Assembly (NCBI GenBank): GCA_963674745.2
Contig: CAXXDV010000003.1
Span: forward strand, 32,001-96,000
DNA: 64,000 nucleotides
Source: Desulfosudaceae bacterium
Lineage (GTDB): Bacteria; Desulfobacterota; Desulfobacteria; Desulfobacterales; Desulfosudaceae
Direction: 5' to 3'
Under the pieces are notes generated by a model. That model was given only the letters and a program-made list of their open reading frames with translations, did no database searches and was not told the origin of the DNA. The position numbers and the translations under genes were made by a program. This document shows positions 47,540 through 58,508 of this stretch, piece by piece; the stretch's first letter is position 1; each line of letters starts with the position of its first letter.

Positions 47540-48925
47540 TTAAACTCCCAGCATTAATTTAATGGTAGTGAAATAGATCAGCAAACCGGTGATGTCCACG
47601 ATGGTTGTCAGGGCAGGGCTGGCCACCACGGCCGGATCTTTTTTCATGAGGGCGGCCCCCAGCGGAAGTACCGCTCCGATCATTGTCGCCGTAATGACCT
47701 GAAGGCCCAGAGCGATAGCGATGGCGAGGCCGATGGCGGATAAAGAATAGCCTTCCGGTGTGGAGGAGGCGCCGCCAAAGGAGATCACACGGACAAAAGC
47801 GATTAATGCCAGCATAATACCCAGAATGACCGATACCTTTAATTCCTTGGACAGTATCCGGAATAAATCCCGGGGGGATACTTCATTTAAGGCCAGCGCC
47901 CTAACGACCAGGGTGGCCGACTGGCTGCCCGTGTTGCCGCCTGTGTCGGCCAGCATGGGCATGAAGGTGGCAAGGATGGCAAAATGGAGCAACAACCCCT
48001 CGAAGCTCTGTACGATAAAACCCGAAATCATGCCCAGCACGGCCAGCAGGACAATCCAGGGGGACCGGTTTTTGAAATGAGTCCAGGCTGAGGTTTTGAG
48101 ATATACCCCGGCTTCGTGGCTTCCGGCGATAGCCATGAATTTTTCCATGTCTTCGGTTTGTTCCTGGGTGATAATATCCAGGGCATCATCATGTGTAATG
48201 ATGCCTACCAGTGTTTCGTTTTCGTTAATGATCGGCAGGGCCAGCAGGTCGTATTTCTGAATTATCCGGGCTGCTTCTTCCTGGTCGTCTGTTACTCTGG
48301 AAAAAATCACTCCGGTATGCATGATGTCGCCTATCAGAGCATCCCGCCGGGCCACGATCAGGTCTTTAAGAGAAACGAATCCCTGGAGTTTCCGGTTTTC
48401 GTCCACCACGTAACCGTAATAAATGGTCTCTTTGTCCGGTGCTACCTTTCGCAGGTGCTCGATCGCCTGGTAGGCTGTCAGGTGCGGGGGCAGGGTAACG
48501 TAATCTGATGTCATGACAGCGCCGGCAGTGCCTTCTTTGTATGCGGTCAGACGACGGATATCTTCACGCTCCGCCTGGGCCAGGGCCGGCAGGACCGATT
48601 CCTGAAGGCCTTCGGGTAAGGCTTTAAACAGGTCGGCCCGGTCATCAGGAGGCATATCCGACAGCAGGCGGGCCACCTCCATCCTAGGCAGAAAACCCAT
48701 GATTTCAATCTGGAGATCTTCGGCCATATGGCTGAAGATTTCGGAACGAAGCGGCATTCCGGCATGCCGGAGTACTTCCCATGCCTCATTTCCCGGAAGG
48801 GCGGAGATCATCTCGGCAACCATTGCCGGATGCCCCGTGCCGCAGAACGTCTGAAGTGATGTGATGTCCTCTTTTGCGAGCATTTCCCGCAGTTCGGGGA
48901 CAAGAAGCGGATTTTTGGCTCTCAT
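47540..48925 (-). CDS. mgtE: Magnesium transporter MgtE
   Basis: N-domain, CBS pair, GGNTGSQ, DPA..S.P.LTT..D. Confidence 0.95.
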   Translation of the reverse strand: MRAKNPLLVPELREMLAKEDITSLQTFCGTGHPAMVAEMISALPGNEAWEVLRHAGMPLRSEIFSHMAEDLQIEIMGFLPRMEVARLLSDMPPDDRADLFKALPEGLQESVLPALAQAEREDIRRLTAYKEGTAGAVMTSDYVTLPPHLTAYQAIEHLRKVAPDKETIYYGYVVDENRKLQGFVSLKDLIVARRDALIGDIMHTGVIFSRVTDDQEEAARIIQKYDLLALPIINENETLVGIITHDDALDIITQEQTEDMEKFMAIAGSHEAGVYLKTSAWTHFKNRSPWIVLLAVLGMISGFIVQSFEGLLLHFAILATFMPMLADTGGNTGSQSATLVVRALALNEVSPRDLFRILSKELKVSVILGIMLALIAFVRVISFGGASSTPEGYSLSAIGLAIAIALGLQVITATMIGAVLPLGAALMKKDPAVVASPALTTIVDITGLLIYFTTIKLMLGV

Positions 48926-49126
48926 GGTTCACCTCCATTGCGGCCGCGGCGGTTAACCAACCAGGCGCGGCCGGGGGTGAACCGGCGGTTACGTCCGGAT
49001 GGCGCTTGGACCGTTCATTTTATCGATCGCAGAAATAGAACAAAGCGATCCTGGATCATCTGGTTCGTTACGTGCTGATTTTTTAATCATGGTGCGTCGA
49101 CAGGGAGTTCCATCCGATTCGTTCAT
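48926..49126 (-). promoter_or_regulatory. mgtE leader: SD-sequestering hairpin and upstream ORF(s)
   Basis: GGTTCACC/GGTGAACC and CGGCCGCG/CGCGGCCG pairing; uORF at 49126-48989. Confidence 0.55.
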
Positions 49127-49399
49127 CGGTCATCCTTCTGCTGGTTAATATCAAGCAAAGCCATAGTCATTATGATCGGGTATATAATGGAGAAAAATAG
49201 TTTTTTCAAGTGTTTTCTGGGTGATTCGGACCAATATTTTACCGCTACATATTGTATATAAATATGTTGTTTCCGTTGTAGTATGGGTATATGTTGTGTT
49301 TGCGTGTTGACAAGCGAGCGCCTTTGGCCTATAATCTTAAAAATTTATATTACCCTGGATCATCAGTGCATTCAGGGCTTGATCATCAGGAGCAAAGCC

Positions 49400-50140
49400 A
49401 TGATTGGCCCATCGCCCGGATTGGAAATTATTGACGCCTGCAGGTTGCTGTTCCCTGCCACAGTCGCTGTTGATGCCGGCTTTTTAAATACCATCGCCAG
49501 TGAAGACGTAAAAGCGGCTTTTCGCAAAAAAGCCTTAAAAACACATCCGGACAGGTCAAAAGTACTGGGTCGCAGCAGGGAAGAGTTAAGCCGGATGTTT
49601 CAGGAGGTGTCTTCCGCCTATCACATCCTGGAAACTTACTTTATTCAACGCGCTAATGGTAAGTCCGGCCCTGAGGCCTGTCCCAAGTCCCGTCGTCCGC
49701 CGTCTTCTGCCGGAAATTCACGGCGGCCCAAACCGAATGATTATTTTTATACGGGCGTGGTGCCTTGGCGCCAACTGCGGCTGGGCGAATTTATGTACTA
49801 TTCGAAAGTGATTTCCTGGCGGACACTGATCAATGCCATTGTCTGGCAGAAAAAGCGGCGGCCTCTATTCGGGCAGATTGCCCGGCAGTGGTCGTTTCTT
49901 TCCGATGATGATATCCGGCTCATCCTGCGGCATAAATCCCGGGATGAAGTATTCGGTGAATTCGCCCGGCGACACGGTTTTCTCACCCGTTACCAGCAGA
50001 TGGCGATTACCGGCCGACAAAGGCAGCTCCAACCTTTAATCGGTATGCATTTTATTGAAAAGGGGTTGCTGACGGTTGTTCAGGTTAAGATGCAGGCAAG
50101 GAACCAGGAACAGCATAACCGCCGTATCCGGTATAATTGA
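49400..50140 (+). CDS. J-domain (DnaJ-like) protein
   Basis: KAAFRKKALKTHPD; AGGAG before the ATG at 49400. Confidence 0.88.
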   Translation: MIGPSPGLEIIDACRLLFPATVAVDAGFLNTIASEDVKAAFRKKALKTHPDRSKVLGRSREELSRMFQEVSSAYHILETYFIQRANGKSGPEACPKSRRPPSSAGNSRRPKPNDYFYTGVVPWRQLRLGEFMYYSKVISWRTLINAIVWQKKRRPLFGQIARQWSFLSDDDIRLILRHKSRDEVFGEFARRHGFLTRYQQMAITGRQRQLQPLIGMHFIEKGLLTVVQVKMQARNQEQHNRRIRYN

Positions 50141-50160
50141 TTCTTTAACCCGCCCGAGTA

Positions 50161-50484
50161 TTATTCGATATCGATAGCGAAAATGTCGAACTGTATGCCG
50201 ACACCGTCATTCGTTATACGCACCACTTTGCCGTTCATTTTGATACGGCGGTCCTGGTTGGCAAAGGGAAGTGAAATTTTGACCTTCTGTCCAGGGGCTA
50301 ATTTCTCGCTGGTTTCCACAAAGATGCCCCCCAGGCTGATGTCTCGTGCATTATACTGCTTGCTGGCTTCTCCATGAGACATCCTGACGCATAGTCGGAA
50401 CGCCTTTCTCGGATGGTGCCTTTTTTTTACCATTTTGTCTTCTTCTGTCTGATCCGACAGGTTTTGATGATCATCAGCTGTCAT
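50161..50484 (-). CDS. PilZ domain protein
   Basis: RxxxR and DISLGG motifs. Confidence 0.9.
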   Translation of the reverse strand: MTADDHQNLSDQTEEDKMVKKRHHPRKAFRLCVRMSHGEASKQYNARDISLGGIFVETSEKLAPGQKVKISLPFANQDRRIKMNGKVVRITNDGVGIQFDIFAIDIE

Positions 50485-50514
50485 CGATGCGCCCCGCCTT
50501 TGTAATTGTCTTTT

Positions 50515-51069
50515 TCAGAAAAGCTCTACGGTGTTCTTGTTTTTCTCTTTCGCTCTGCGCGTATCCGCGATATCCAGGGCTTCTTTAACACTGGCACCGT
50601 TCAATATGGCGTTAAACATCTGCCGGTCAGCGTCTATATAATACTTTGATTTTATCATTTCCTGCAAGCCTCTCCATTCATATGGCGAATAAAGGCGATG
50701 TTTGTCGTTGATCAAATCCCCCAGGGCAGAGAGGTTGAGGCTGACATGGGACAATCGCTGGGTCAGTTTATCGTAAAATTGAAAGGCGACAATAACTTCG
50801 TTTACCATTTCCGATACGCTTTTGCAGTTTTCCAGAACAGCGGTTTTTTCGCGGCTTTCTGCCAGGCCTTCTGCTGCCATACGGATCACCTGCAGTTTTC
50901 CCATTAACGTGGTGAAGAGTTTTGTCAGGGCGTTAATCGACTCATCTCCCTCGGTCATGGAACGTTCCACCTGCGCCAGAGCAACATTCAGCATGAGAAC
51001 GGTTTCTCTTATCTGGCTCCAGTCAAGATCAGGGTTGTTGGCATCTGATGGCATTTTTTTTTCTGACAT
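50515..51069 (-). CDS. Hypothetical coiled-coil protein with CheZ-like DxxxQ motif
   Basis: AFQFYDKLTQRL. Confidence 0.55.
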   Translation of the reverse strand: MSEKKMPSDANNPDLDWSQIRETVLMLNVALAQVERSMTEGDESINALTKLFTTLMGKLQVIRMAAEGLAESREKTAVLENCKSVSEMVNEVIVAFQFYDKLTQRLSHVSLNLSALGDLINDKHRLYSPYEWRGLQEMIKSKYYIDADRQMFNAILNGASVKEALDIADTRRAKEKNKNTVELF

Positions 51070-51092
51070 GTCCCATCCTTTCTACATTTTCT

Positions 51093-52682
51093 TCAAGCCA
51101 GGCAACAGGTTGAGGCACGTGGCAGGTGATACAACGCCGGAAGGTCGTCGTTTATTCTCATTCTAATGCTGTCAAATTCATTCAGGTTGGCGGCAAAGGC
51201 CTCCACGATTTCCGGATCAAATTTTTTACCCTTTTCTTCCAGGATTATTTCGACCGCTTTTTCATGGGTATAGGCGTCTTTGTAGACTCTTTTGGTGGTC
51301 AGGGCGTCATAAACGTCGGCCATCGCCACGATTCTGGCCGATAACGGAATGGCTTCTCCTTCCAGCCCTTCCGGATATCCGCTGCCGTTCCAGGCTTCAT
51401 GGTGATAGTAGGCAATCTCTTTTCCCAGCGTCAGAAATGACTGCTCTTTTAATTCGGCGTCCACAGCCGCCAGGGCATTCCCACCGACAATGGTGTGCTG
51501 CTTGATAATATCAAATTCTTCGGGAGTCAGGGGCCCGGGTTTGAGTAAAATGGCGTCCGGGACGCTTACTTTTCCGATATCATGCAGAATTGAAGATAGA
51601 TAAATGTCATTGACATAGGCCGTTGTAATATAATGCTCATATTTAGGTAATTGTCTGATGGCCCTGGTGATCATCCGGGAATACTCCCGAACCCGCTCCA
51701 GGTGGCCGCCGGTACAGTCATCTCTGGACTCGGCAAGTTTTGCCAGTCCCAGGATGGTGGCATTTTTGGTGTTTTCCAGCCGTTTTTGAGGGGTGATATC
51801 TCTGACAATATTGATGATGCCTTCAATTTTATTGCTTTTCAATATCGGTTTGGCCTGGGTTTCAATGTAAATCCTGGAACCGTCTTTGTGAAAGGTTTCC
51901 ACCTCAAAAGCCGGAAAGGGAACATCCGTGACGGCATTTTTGTAAAGTTCAAGGGCTTGTCGATAGTCAAAACCCAGAAAATCGTAATCACTGAGGTCTT
52001 CTCCCAGTACTTCTTCCCGTGACAGGCCAAAGACGTCGAAAATGGTCTCGTTGGTGTTCACCACGTAGCCGTCCCGGTTAAGATGTATAATGGCATCGCG
52101 GGTGTTTTCAAACATGATGTTAAAGGTCTGCTGATTTTTACGGGACATGTTTTCAACAGATACCCGCTTGTGTTTTTCTTCAGCCAATTCTTTCCTGGTG
52201 GTGTTTAATCTGGACGTCAACCGGGAAATGGTGCTTTCTGATTTTCGGAGCGCGTCCTCCAGCCGTTTCCGGTTTTCCCGATCAACGTGGCGGCGCTTTG
52301 CCTCCTCAAAAGCGCGGTTAAGGGTGTGCGCAAGCGTCTTGTCAATTATAAATGGAACGGTCAGGCAGTCAAATGCACCCATTTGATATGACAGGCGGAC
52401 GTCTTCGGCAGAGGTTTGTTCATTGCAGAAGGTAATGACGGGAAGGTCGGGTGAAATTTCGGATATCCGGGACAGGACATGCGGCCATTGGTATTCGTTA
52501 TCATTAATGTTCAGAAAAATAATGTCCGGACCCGTTTCACGCACCATGTCCAACCCGCTTTGGGCGTCGGTGGCTTCATTGATGATGAACCCCGGTCCCG
52601 GCCGCTCCAGGGCCTTCTTTAAGGTCGTATCGCGGTTTTCCTTATCGTTTATAATCAGTATGGATATGGCTTTTTGCTGCAT
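51093..52682 (-). CDS. REC-PAS-HD-GYP c-di-GMP phosphodiesterase (receiver appears degenerate)
   Basis: HDIGK, HHE.W.GSGYP, ADVYDAL. Confidence 0.92.
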   Translation of the reverse strand: MQQKAISILIINDKENRDTTLKKALERPGPGFIINEATDAQSGLDMVRETGPDIIFLNINDNEYQWPHVLSRISEISPDLPVITFCNEQTSAEDVRLSYQMGAFDCLTVPFIIDKTLAHTLNRAFEEAKRRHVDRENRKRLEDALRKSESTISRLTSRLNTTRKELAEEKHKRVSVENMSRKNQQTFNIMFENTRDAIIHLNRDGYVVNTNETIFDVFGLSREEVLGEDLSDYDFLGFDYRQALELYKNAVTDVPFPAFEVETFHKDGSRIYIETQAKPILKSNKIEGIINIVRDITPQKRLENTKNATILGLAKLAESRDDCTGGHLERVREYSRMITRAIRQLPKYEHYITTAYVNDIYLSSILHDIGKVSVPDAILLKPGPLTPEEFDIIKQHTIVGGNALAAVDAELKEQSFLTLGKEIAYYHHEAWNGSGYPEGLEGEAIPLSARIVAMADVYDALTTKRVYKDAYTHEKAVEIILEEKGKKFDPEIVEAFAANLNEFDSIRMRINDDLPALYHLPRASTCCLA

Positions 52683-52743
52683 TGCTTTTCGAACTGTTTA
52701 TGTTTTTATCGGTTGGTCTTTCTTTGCGGTGAGAAGAGGTTTT

Positions 52744-53115
52744 TTATGCTTCGGGCATTACCTTTTTGACCACCCCGATCAACTGGTCCGGTTTAAAGGG
52801 TTTGGTGATCCAGCCGGTGGCACCGGCGGCTTTACCTTCTCTTTTTTTCTCTTCCAGCGATTCCGTCGTCAGCATGACAATCGGTGTAAACCTGTATTGG
52901 TCCATTGCTCGAACAGAACGGGTCAGTTCAAAACCATTCACATGCGGCATGTTCAGATCCACAATAAACATGTTGACCGGCGACCCGTTTAGTTTTTCCA
53001 GGGCGTCCAGGCCGTTTTCCGCCTCGACAACAGTGTATCCGGCATTTTCCAGTGTAAAAGCCACCATTTTTCTCACGCTGGTCGAGTCATCAACCACCAT
53101 TATCGTCTGTCCCAT
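52744..53115 (-). CDS. cheY: CheY-like response regulator
   Basis: VVDDS, DLNMP, LTTES, KPF. Confidence 0.9.
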   Translation of the reverse strand: MGQTIMVVDDSTSVRKMVAFTLENAGYTVVEAENGLDALEKLNGSPVNMFIVDLNMPHVNGFELTRSVRAMDQYRFTPIVMLTTESLEEKKREGKAAGATGWITKPFKPDQLIGVVKKVMPEA

Positions 53116-53199
53116 CTATTGCTCCCTCCCGAATTGAAAAGAATATTTCTTTTTTCGGTGTTCCATACGGCAGCAGGTTCTTTACCTGTCTGTTGGATT

Positions 53200-55122
53200 T
53201 TAAAACAACTCTACATTGTCACTCAGGGTTACGTCCAGGGTAGTGATATCGCCGTTTTCCCTGATGGTTCGTTTGGCTTCTTCAAACAGAATTATATTGT
53301 TCGGCTGGTCGGCCGCGTGCTTACCCGGCACATGGGCACCGTTTTCCAGTTCCACGCTCAGCAGCAGTGCCTTTTGCTCCGGTCCCTGGGCGGTATCAAT
53401 CAATCGGTCCCGGTATTCAATAATTTTCCGTGACAGGCCGTTAAAGAACTCCAGGCTGGCCAAAGTCGTGTCCGTCGCTTTTTTTAGTTCTTTTGCCCGG
53501 TTATAGGCGGCCAGGGAGCTATCCCTGAAATTTTCGTATTCCATGGAAAGATCATTGATGACCGTTGACAGACTGGTGATGGCACTGTTCTGGTCATCCG
53601 TCTGGTTCGTTTCTTTGTTGTCCTTCCGGCTGATCTCTTCGGCCGCGAATATAATCGAAGTGATGATGTCTTCCACCTCACTGGAAAAGCCATCCGACTG
53701 GGTGGCCAGGTCGTTCATTGCCTGGGCCAGCAGTTTGAGGGCGCCGCCTTTTTCCCCCTCCCGGTTGGCGGCAATAATGGAGTTGATGGCTTTATTATGG
53801 GTATCAGCGCTGATGCTCCGTACGATACCCAGCAGCTTTGAAAGGTCGGCCGCAATATCGGAAACCTGATCGGCTGCTTTTTGTATTTGTTGATAAAGCG
53901 CCTCGCCCCGGTGCAGCAGATCATGAAGCTGGGTCAGGGCATCCTTTAAGTGGGAAAAAGGATCCTGGGTGAAGGTGTTGGACTGGAAGCCCTTTTCGTC
54001 GGGTAACATCGGGCGAAGTCCCTGGAGAAGGTCATCTACTTCTCCTTGTATCTTTTTTAAGGCGATCCGGTTTGTTTTATATACGCTGTCGAGTTCAAGG
54101 TTGATGCTGTCCAGTTTGTCGGCTTGGGCACGGATAATTAAAGAAGCCGGATTTTTTATTGTATCTTTGTCCGACGCATCCAAATGGCCGTTTAGCTCTG
54201 GTGCGGATAAGACGTCATCCAGTATATCGGTTACATTTACAATTCGCTGTTTCATGTTGTCGTGGAACTGTACGCCGACCACAATTTCCGCTACTTCCAG
54301 GGATATCGCCCGGGATCGCCTTCCCGATTCTTCAATGATGTCAACTGAAAAGCGCATTAATTCTTCAGTATCATGAGTCGATTCCTGAACAGTTGCCCGT
54401 ATCCGATTGGTCAGGGATTCCAGTCGGCTGATTCCGGTGAATATCTCCTCCCGGGTGATACTATGGACACCCTGGGCTTTCTCCACGTTTTTATAAACGT
54501 CATTGGCAATATTGCTGATGTTGAGTGAAAGATCCTTGATCTCCTGGGCGACATCGGAAAAAATATTAACAGACCTGTCGATGGTTCGTGCGTTTTCGAC
54601 CAGCATCGTCAGCGCGACTGTTTTAAGCCACTTGGCGAATTTTTTGATCTGCTTGCTGGTCGTGTGAAGCTTTTCAATATCATGCATCAGTGCGTTGATC
54701 CGGTCCAGATTTGCCTTGACCTCACTCTGACGGGCCTGAATTTCAGCCATTGATTCATTAAGGATTCTTCGGCCCCGGTCCAGAAAACCGCCCTGGGTAT
54801 CGCTGCCCATACGTTTGACAGTTCCGAGCATCAGTTCGGTCAATTCCGTTACATTGGCATGAACGGTTCTCAAGCCGATTCCCAGCAGCATAAAATCGGA
54901 TTCCGCATCCTGTACGCATATTTCAAGAGAATCTATCTCTTCCGGGATAACCGTTTTAAGCACCTCAACGGCCGATTGGTGGGTATCGGCCACCTGCTGT
55001 TCACCGGCGGCCAGAACCGCTTTTTCAGTTGATTCCCAGACCTCAAAGTCATGGTTATCCATCTGATTTTGTGTCTTTTTTTTGAATAATGAATTTAATT
55101 TCATAATTAACCAGTCAATCAC
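53200..55122 (-). CDS. Soluble, divergent methyl-accepting chemotaxis-like protein (start uncertain)
   Basis: Two degenerate signalling hairpins; no TM segment. Confidence 0.65.
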   Translation of the reverse strand: MIDWLIMKLNSLFKKKTQNQMDNHDFEVWESTEKAVLAAGEQQVADTHQSAVEVLKTVIPEEIDSLEICVQDAESDFMLLGIGLRTVHANVTELTELMLGTVKRMGSDTQGGFLDRGRRILNESMAEIQARQSEVKANLDRINALMHDIEKLHTTSKQIKKFAKWLKTVALTMLVENARTIDRSVNIFSDVAQEIKDLSLNISNIANDVYKNVEKAQGVHSITREEIFTGISRLESLTNRIRATVQESTHDTEELMRFSVDIIEESGRRSRAISLEVAEIVVGVQFHDNMKQRIVNVTDILDDVLSAPELNGHLDASDKDTIKNPASLIIRAQADKLDSINLELDSVYKTNRIALKKIQGEVDDLLQGLRPMLPDEKGFQSNTFTQDPFSHLKDALTQLHDLLHRGEALYQQIQKAADQVSDIAADLSKLLGIVRSISADTHNKAINSIIAANREGEKGGALKLLAQAMNDLATQSDGFSSEVEDIITSIIFAAEEISRKDNKETNQTDDQNSAITSLSTVINDLSMEYENFRDSSLAAYNRAKELKKATDTTLASLEFFNGLSRKIIEYRDRLIDTAQGPEQKALLLSVELENGAHVPGKHAADQPNNIILFEEAKRTIRENGDITTLDVTLSDNVELF

Positions 55123-55136
55123 TGTATTATAAATAA

Positions 55137-55152
55137 AGCAAGAAATGTGCCC
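55137..55152 (-). promoter_or_regulatory. Sigma54 promoter
   Basis: GGGCAC-ATTTC-TTGCT. Confidence 0.6.
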
Positions 55153-55462
55153 GTTGGTTGAGTGCCAAAATTATCAATAAAAACAATGGTTAAGAAAGCA
55201 AGGGCAGGATGGGAAACACGCCGCCCCGCCGGAACGATTAACCAGGAAACCTGTGCCGCCCAACCTTTTTGTTAACTTATTGATAATAATATCTTTTAAG
55301 GCAATCTCCCGCAGCCGGTGCGTTAAAGCCTTTTCCAGAAAAATGGAACACTGTCCTGAAACATTAGACACTACGGCCAGGGGACAGCAGTAACTTATTA
55401 AATTGTCCGCAGATCATTATTATAATTATAAGATTTCAGAAAAACAATAGAAATCACAGGTG

Positions 55463-56590
55463 TTACAGAATACTACCGGCTCTGTTGAGTTTCTGCGTTG
55501 ATTGGTAAAGCCTGATAACTTCAGTGGAAATTTGTTTCAAAGGTAATATCTTATCAACCCCGCCTTTTTTGACGGCTTCTTTCGGCATGCCGTAAACCAC
55601 GCATGATGCTTCATCTTGAGCGATTGTGTAAGCACCGGTGTCATGCATTTCCAGCATGCCCCGGGCACCGTCGTCTCCCATACCGGTCATGATGACACCG
55701 ATAGCGTTACTGCCGGCGTAGCGGGCGGCCGATCGAAAAAGCACATCTACCGAAGGACGATGCCTGGACACCAGGGGACCGTCTTTTACTTGAACCATGT
55801 ATTTGGCCCCGCTGCGTTTCAGCAGGATATGCTTGTTACCGGGAGCGATCAGTGCGTGTCCCTTGAGTACCGGGTCCCTGTCTACTGCTTCTTTTACTGA
55901 AATGCTGCAAATGCCGTCCAGCCGTTTGGCAAAAGCCGTTGTAAAATGTTCGGGCATATGCTGAACAACGACAATACCCGGCGCGTCCAGGGGCATGGAT
56001 TCAAGAAGAATGCGCAGGGCCTCGGTGCCCCCGGTTGAAGCCCCCACGACCAGCACTTTGTCACTGGTTTCGAAAACCCCTTGCCCCGGTTTTATACCGG
56101 GCATAATCGCATCGGCCGTTAATTTCGGCTCTACCTTTCGTGCCGGCAGGGAAGGGGGGACGGCCCTTTTTCTACCGCTTATTTTGGCGTTGGCTGCTGC
56201 TTTGATGACATCGGTAATACGGATACGGGCTTCTTCGAAGAATTGTCTAACGCCCAGCCGGGGTTTATTAATGATCTCTACCGCACCGTTTTCAATCGCT
56301 TTTAAGGCCAGTTCCGAATTTTTTTCCGTCAGCGAGGAGCAAATGACCACCGGCATGGGGTGCTGGGCCATAATCCGGTTCAAAAAGGTCAGGCCGTCCA
56401 TGCGGGGCATTTCAATATCAAGGGTCAGTACATCCGGAAAGCTGGCGTTCATTTTTTTTACCGCCAGATACGGGTCCGGTGCCGTGCCTATGACCTCAAT
56501 TTCCGGATCGGCTTCGAGAATTTCTTTTAAGGTCTGCCTTACCAGTGCGGAGTCGTCAACAACTAATACCCGGATACGACGTTTGCTCAT
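55463..56590 (-). CDS. cheB: Chemotaxis methylesterase CheB
   Basis: REC plus GASTGG, QHMP, GMGDDG. Confidence 0.96.
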   Translation of the reverse strand: MSKRRIRVLVVDDSALVRQTLKEILEADPEIEVIGTAPDPYLAVKKMNASFPDVLTLDIEMPRMDGLTFLNRIMAQHPMPVVICSSLTEKNSELALKAIENGAVEIINKPRLGVRQFFEEARIRITDVIKAAANAKISGRKRAVPPSLPARKVEPKLTADAIMPGIKPGQGVFETSDKVLVVGASTGGTEALRILLESMPLDAPGIVVVQHMPEHFTTAFAKRLDGICSISVKEAVDRDPVLKGHALIAPGNKHILLKRSGAKYMVQVKDGPLVSRHRPSVDVLFRSAARYAGSNAIGVIMTGMGDDGARGMLEMHDTGAYTIAQDEASCVVYGMPKEAVKKGGVDKILPLKQISTEVIRLYQSTQKLNRAGSIL

Positions 56591-57144
56591 GATTGGTTCA
56601 CGTTCTGATTAAGGGTTCGGTTAATCTTTTTCACCCAGACATCACCACGATGGGCAAAAAAGAGCAGCTTTCTGCCCTGGGTTCCTCCCACATCGGTGGC
56701 CGTTATATTTAATCCAAGCTCCTGAATGGTCTTTAAGGCGGTTTCCACGTTTCTGCGGCCGATGTTCAGTGTTGTATTAACCGATTTTCCCGGAATCGGC
56801 AGAAACATCTGGCCGCCACCGAAAATTTTGACTTCCATGGTTCTGGAATTTACGCCAAGGTTCATCATTCGCTCGTACACATGCCTGACGCTGAGATTGA
56901 CATAACGACCGATCTGGTTGGTATCGTTACGAACCCCGGGTAACGGGAAGGGGAGCAGGGAGTGGGTGATGGCGCCAATGTTGAAAACCGGGCAGAACAT
57001 GGTGACCGTTACACAGGATCCCAGAACGGTCCTGATGCGCACCGGGCCGCCGTCGGAAATATAGTACTCTCCCTGCTTTATATAGATGTTCGGCCAGTCG
57101 GTATTGCCGTTTTGCTGGTGCGCAATATCCGTTTCGGATTTCAT
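56587..57144 (-). CDS. cheD: Chemoreceptor glutamine deamidase CheD
   Basis: TVLGSCV, H.LLP, KIFGG, DVGG..GR. Confidence 0.93.
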   Translation of the reverse strand: MKSETDIAHQQNGNTDWPNIYIKQGEYYISDGGPVRIRTVLGSCVTVTMFCPVFNIGAITHSLLPFPLPGVRNDTNQIGRYVNLSVRHVYERMMNLGVNSRTMEVKIFGGGQMFLPIPGKSVNTTLNIGRRNVETALKTIQELGLNITATDVGGTQGRKLLFFAHRGDVWVKKINRTLNQNVNQS

Positions 57145-57149
57145 TCAGA

Positions 57150-57590
57150 TCAACTCCATTGGCTTTGGTTGTCCCTGTTACCGTTGCGACTGGTGTCGAT
57201 TTTAAGTCCATTATTTCTCAAGGTTTGTAAAACCGTTTCTTCGGTAAAGGGTTTAGCGATATACGCGTCGGCACCGCATTCATACTGGGCGATCAGAATC
57301 CGTGACGGATCCTTGATGGTGGTGGCAATAATGATGGTCAGCGTATTGTCCCCGCTCCAGCCTTTTTCTTTTTCAAATTCACGAATTTCCTTGACGGCAG
57401 TCAGGCCGTCTTTTTCCGGCATGATGACATCCATCAGCACCAGGTCAAAACTTTTGCCCGGTTTTGCTTTGATCAGGTCCACCGCTTCCTGGCCGTTGAC
57501 GGCCACATGACATTCAGCGACCGGTGACAGGATGGCGGTAAGTTGTTCGCGGACGGACGCACTGTCGTCAACGATCAGTATTTTCTGCAT
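57150..57590 (-). CDS. Single-domain response regulator
   Basis: IVDDS, LMDVIMP, KPF. Confidence 0.88.
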   Translation of the reverse strand: MQKILIVDDSASVREQLTAILSPVAECHVAVNGQEAVDLIKAKPGKSFDLVLMDVIMPEKDGLTAVKEIREFEKEKGWSGDNTLTIIIATTIKDPSRILIAQYECGADAYIAKPFTEETVLQTLRNNGLKIDTSRNGNRDNQSQWS

Positions 57591-57608
57591 GATTTCCTCC
57601 GATCAGCA

Positions 57609-58493
57609 TCATATTCTCTGGTATACGGTCGGGCGAACCTGGCGCAGGGGCAGGTCCATTCCGTTGAGCGTTTCGGAATGGCCGATAAACAGGTACCCGT
57701 TTCGTTTAAGATGGTTACAGCATCGTGAGAATAACTGTTCCTGAATTTTTCGTTCAAAATAGATAATCACATTACGACAGAAAATAATATCGTTTTCTTT
57801 GGGATAAGGGCCGTCTTTGAGCAGATTCAGGCAGTTAAAGGATACTTTTTTTCTCAATTCCGGAACAATGCGGACCAGTTTCTTCCCGCGATCTTTACTT
57901 TTCAGCAGGTATCGTTTTTTTAAACCTACGGGAATGATTTCCGTTTTGTTTTCGCTGTAGATCGCTTTCCGGGCTTTTTCAACAGCTTCCCGGGAAATGT
58001 CGGTAGCGGTGATTTCAAAATTGAACCCGGGTTGAACCCGGGAGAATTCGTTTAATATCATGGCCAGGCTGTAAGGCTCTTCGCCGGTGGCGCATCCGGC
58101 GCTCCAGGCCCGGAAAATCAGTTTCCCACCGGTGTTCTGAATCCAGCCCGGTAATAATGTTTCATAAAGCATATCGAAGTGAGCGCGTTCCCGTAAAAAA
58201 TCCGTTTTATTGGTGGTGACCACGTCTATCATGAAGGGTATTTCCTGTTTCATCCCTTCAGGGGAAAACAGGTATTCCTGATATTCGCGGTAGCTGCTCA
58301 TATTCATCGCCCTTAACCTTTTTGTCAGGCGTGACTGCAGCATGACTTTTTTGGCCGGCGGCATTTTAATGCCGAACTCGGCCTGAATGAATCCGCCAAT
58401 GGCATTGAATTCGCTGGTGGTCATGGGTGATGACGGCGGTGTCCAAACAGGGGTTTCCATTTTTTCAGCGTTTTCTGGAGGCATATTCATCAC
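57609..58493 (-). CDS. cheR: Chemotaxis methyltransferase CheR
   Basis: TTN.T.F.RE, WSAGCATGEE, IFCRNV.IYF. Confidence 0.95.
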   Translation of the reverse strand: MMNMPPENAEKMETPVWTPPSSPMTTSEFNAIGGFIQAEFGIKMPPAKKVMLQSRLTKRLRAMNMSSYREYQEYLFSPEGMKQEIPFMIDVVTTNKTDFLRERAHFDMLYETLLPGWIQNTGGKLIFRAWSAGCATGEEPYSLAMILNEFSRVQPGFNFEITATDISREAVEKARKAIYSENKTEIIPVGLKKRYLLKSKDRGKKLVRIVPELRKKVSFNCLNLLKDGPYPKENDIIFCRNVIIYFERKIQEQLFSRCCNHLKRNGYLFIGHSETLNGMDLPLRQVRPTVYQRI

Positions 58494-58508
58494 CGGTGCT
58501 TATCGGTT

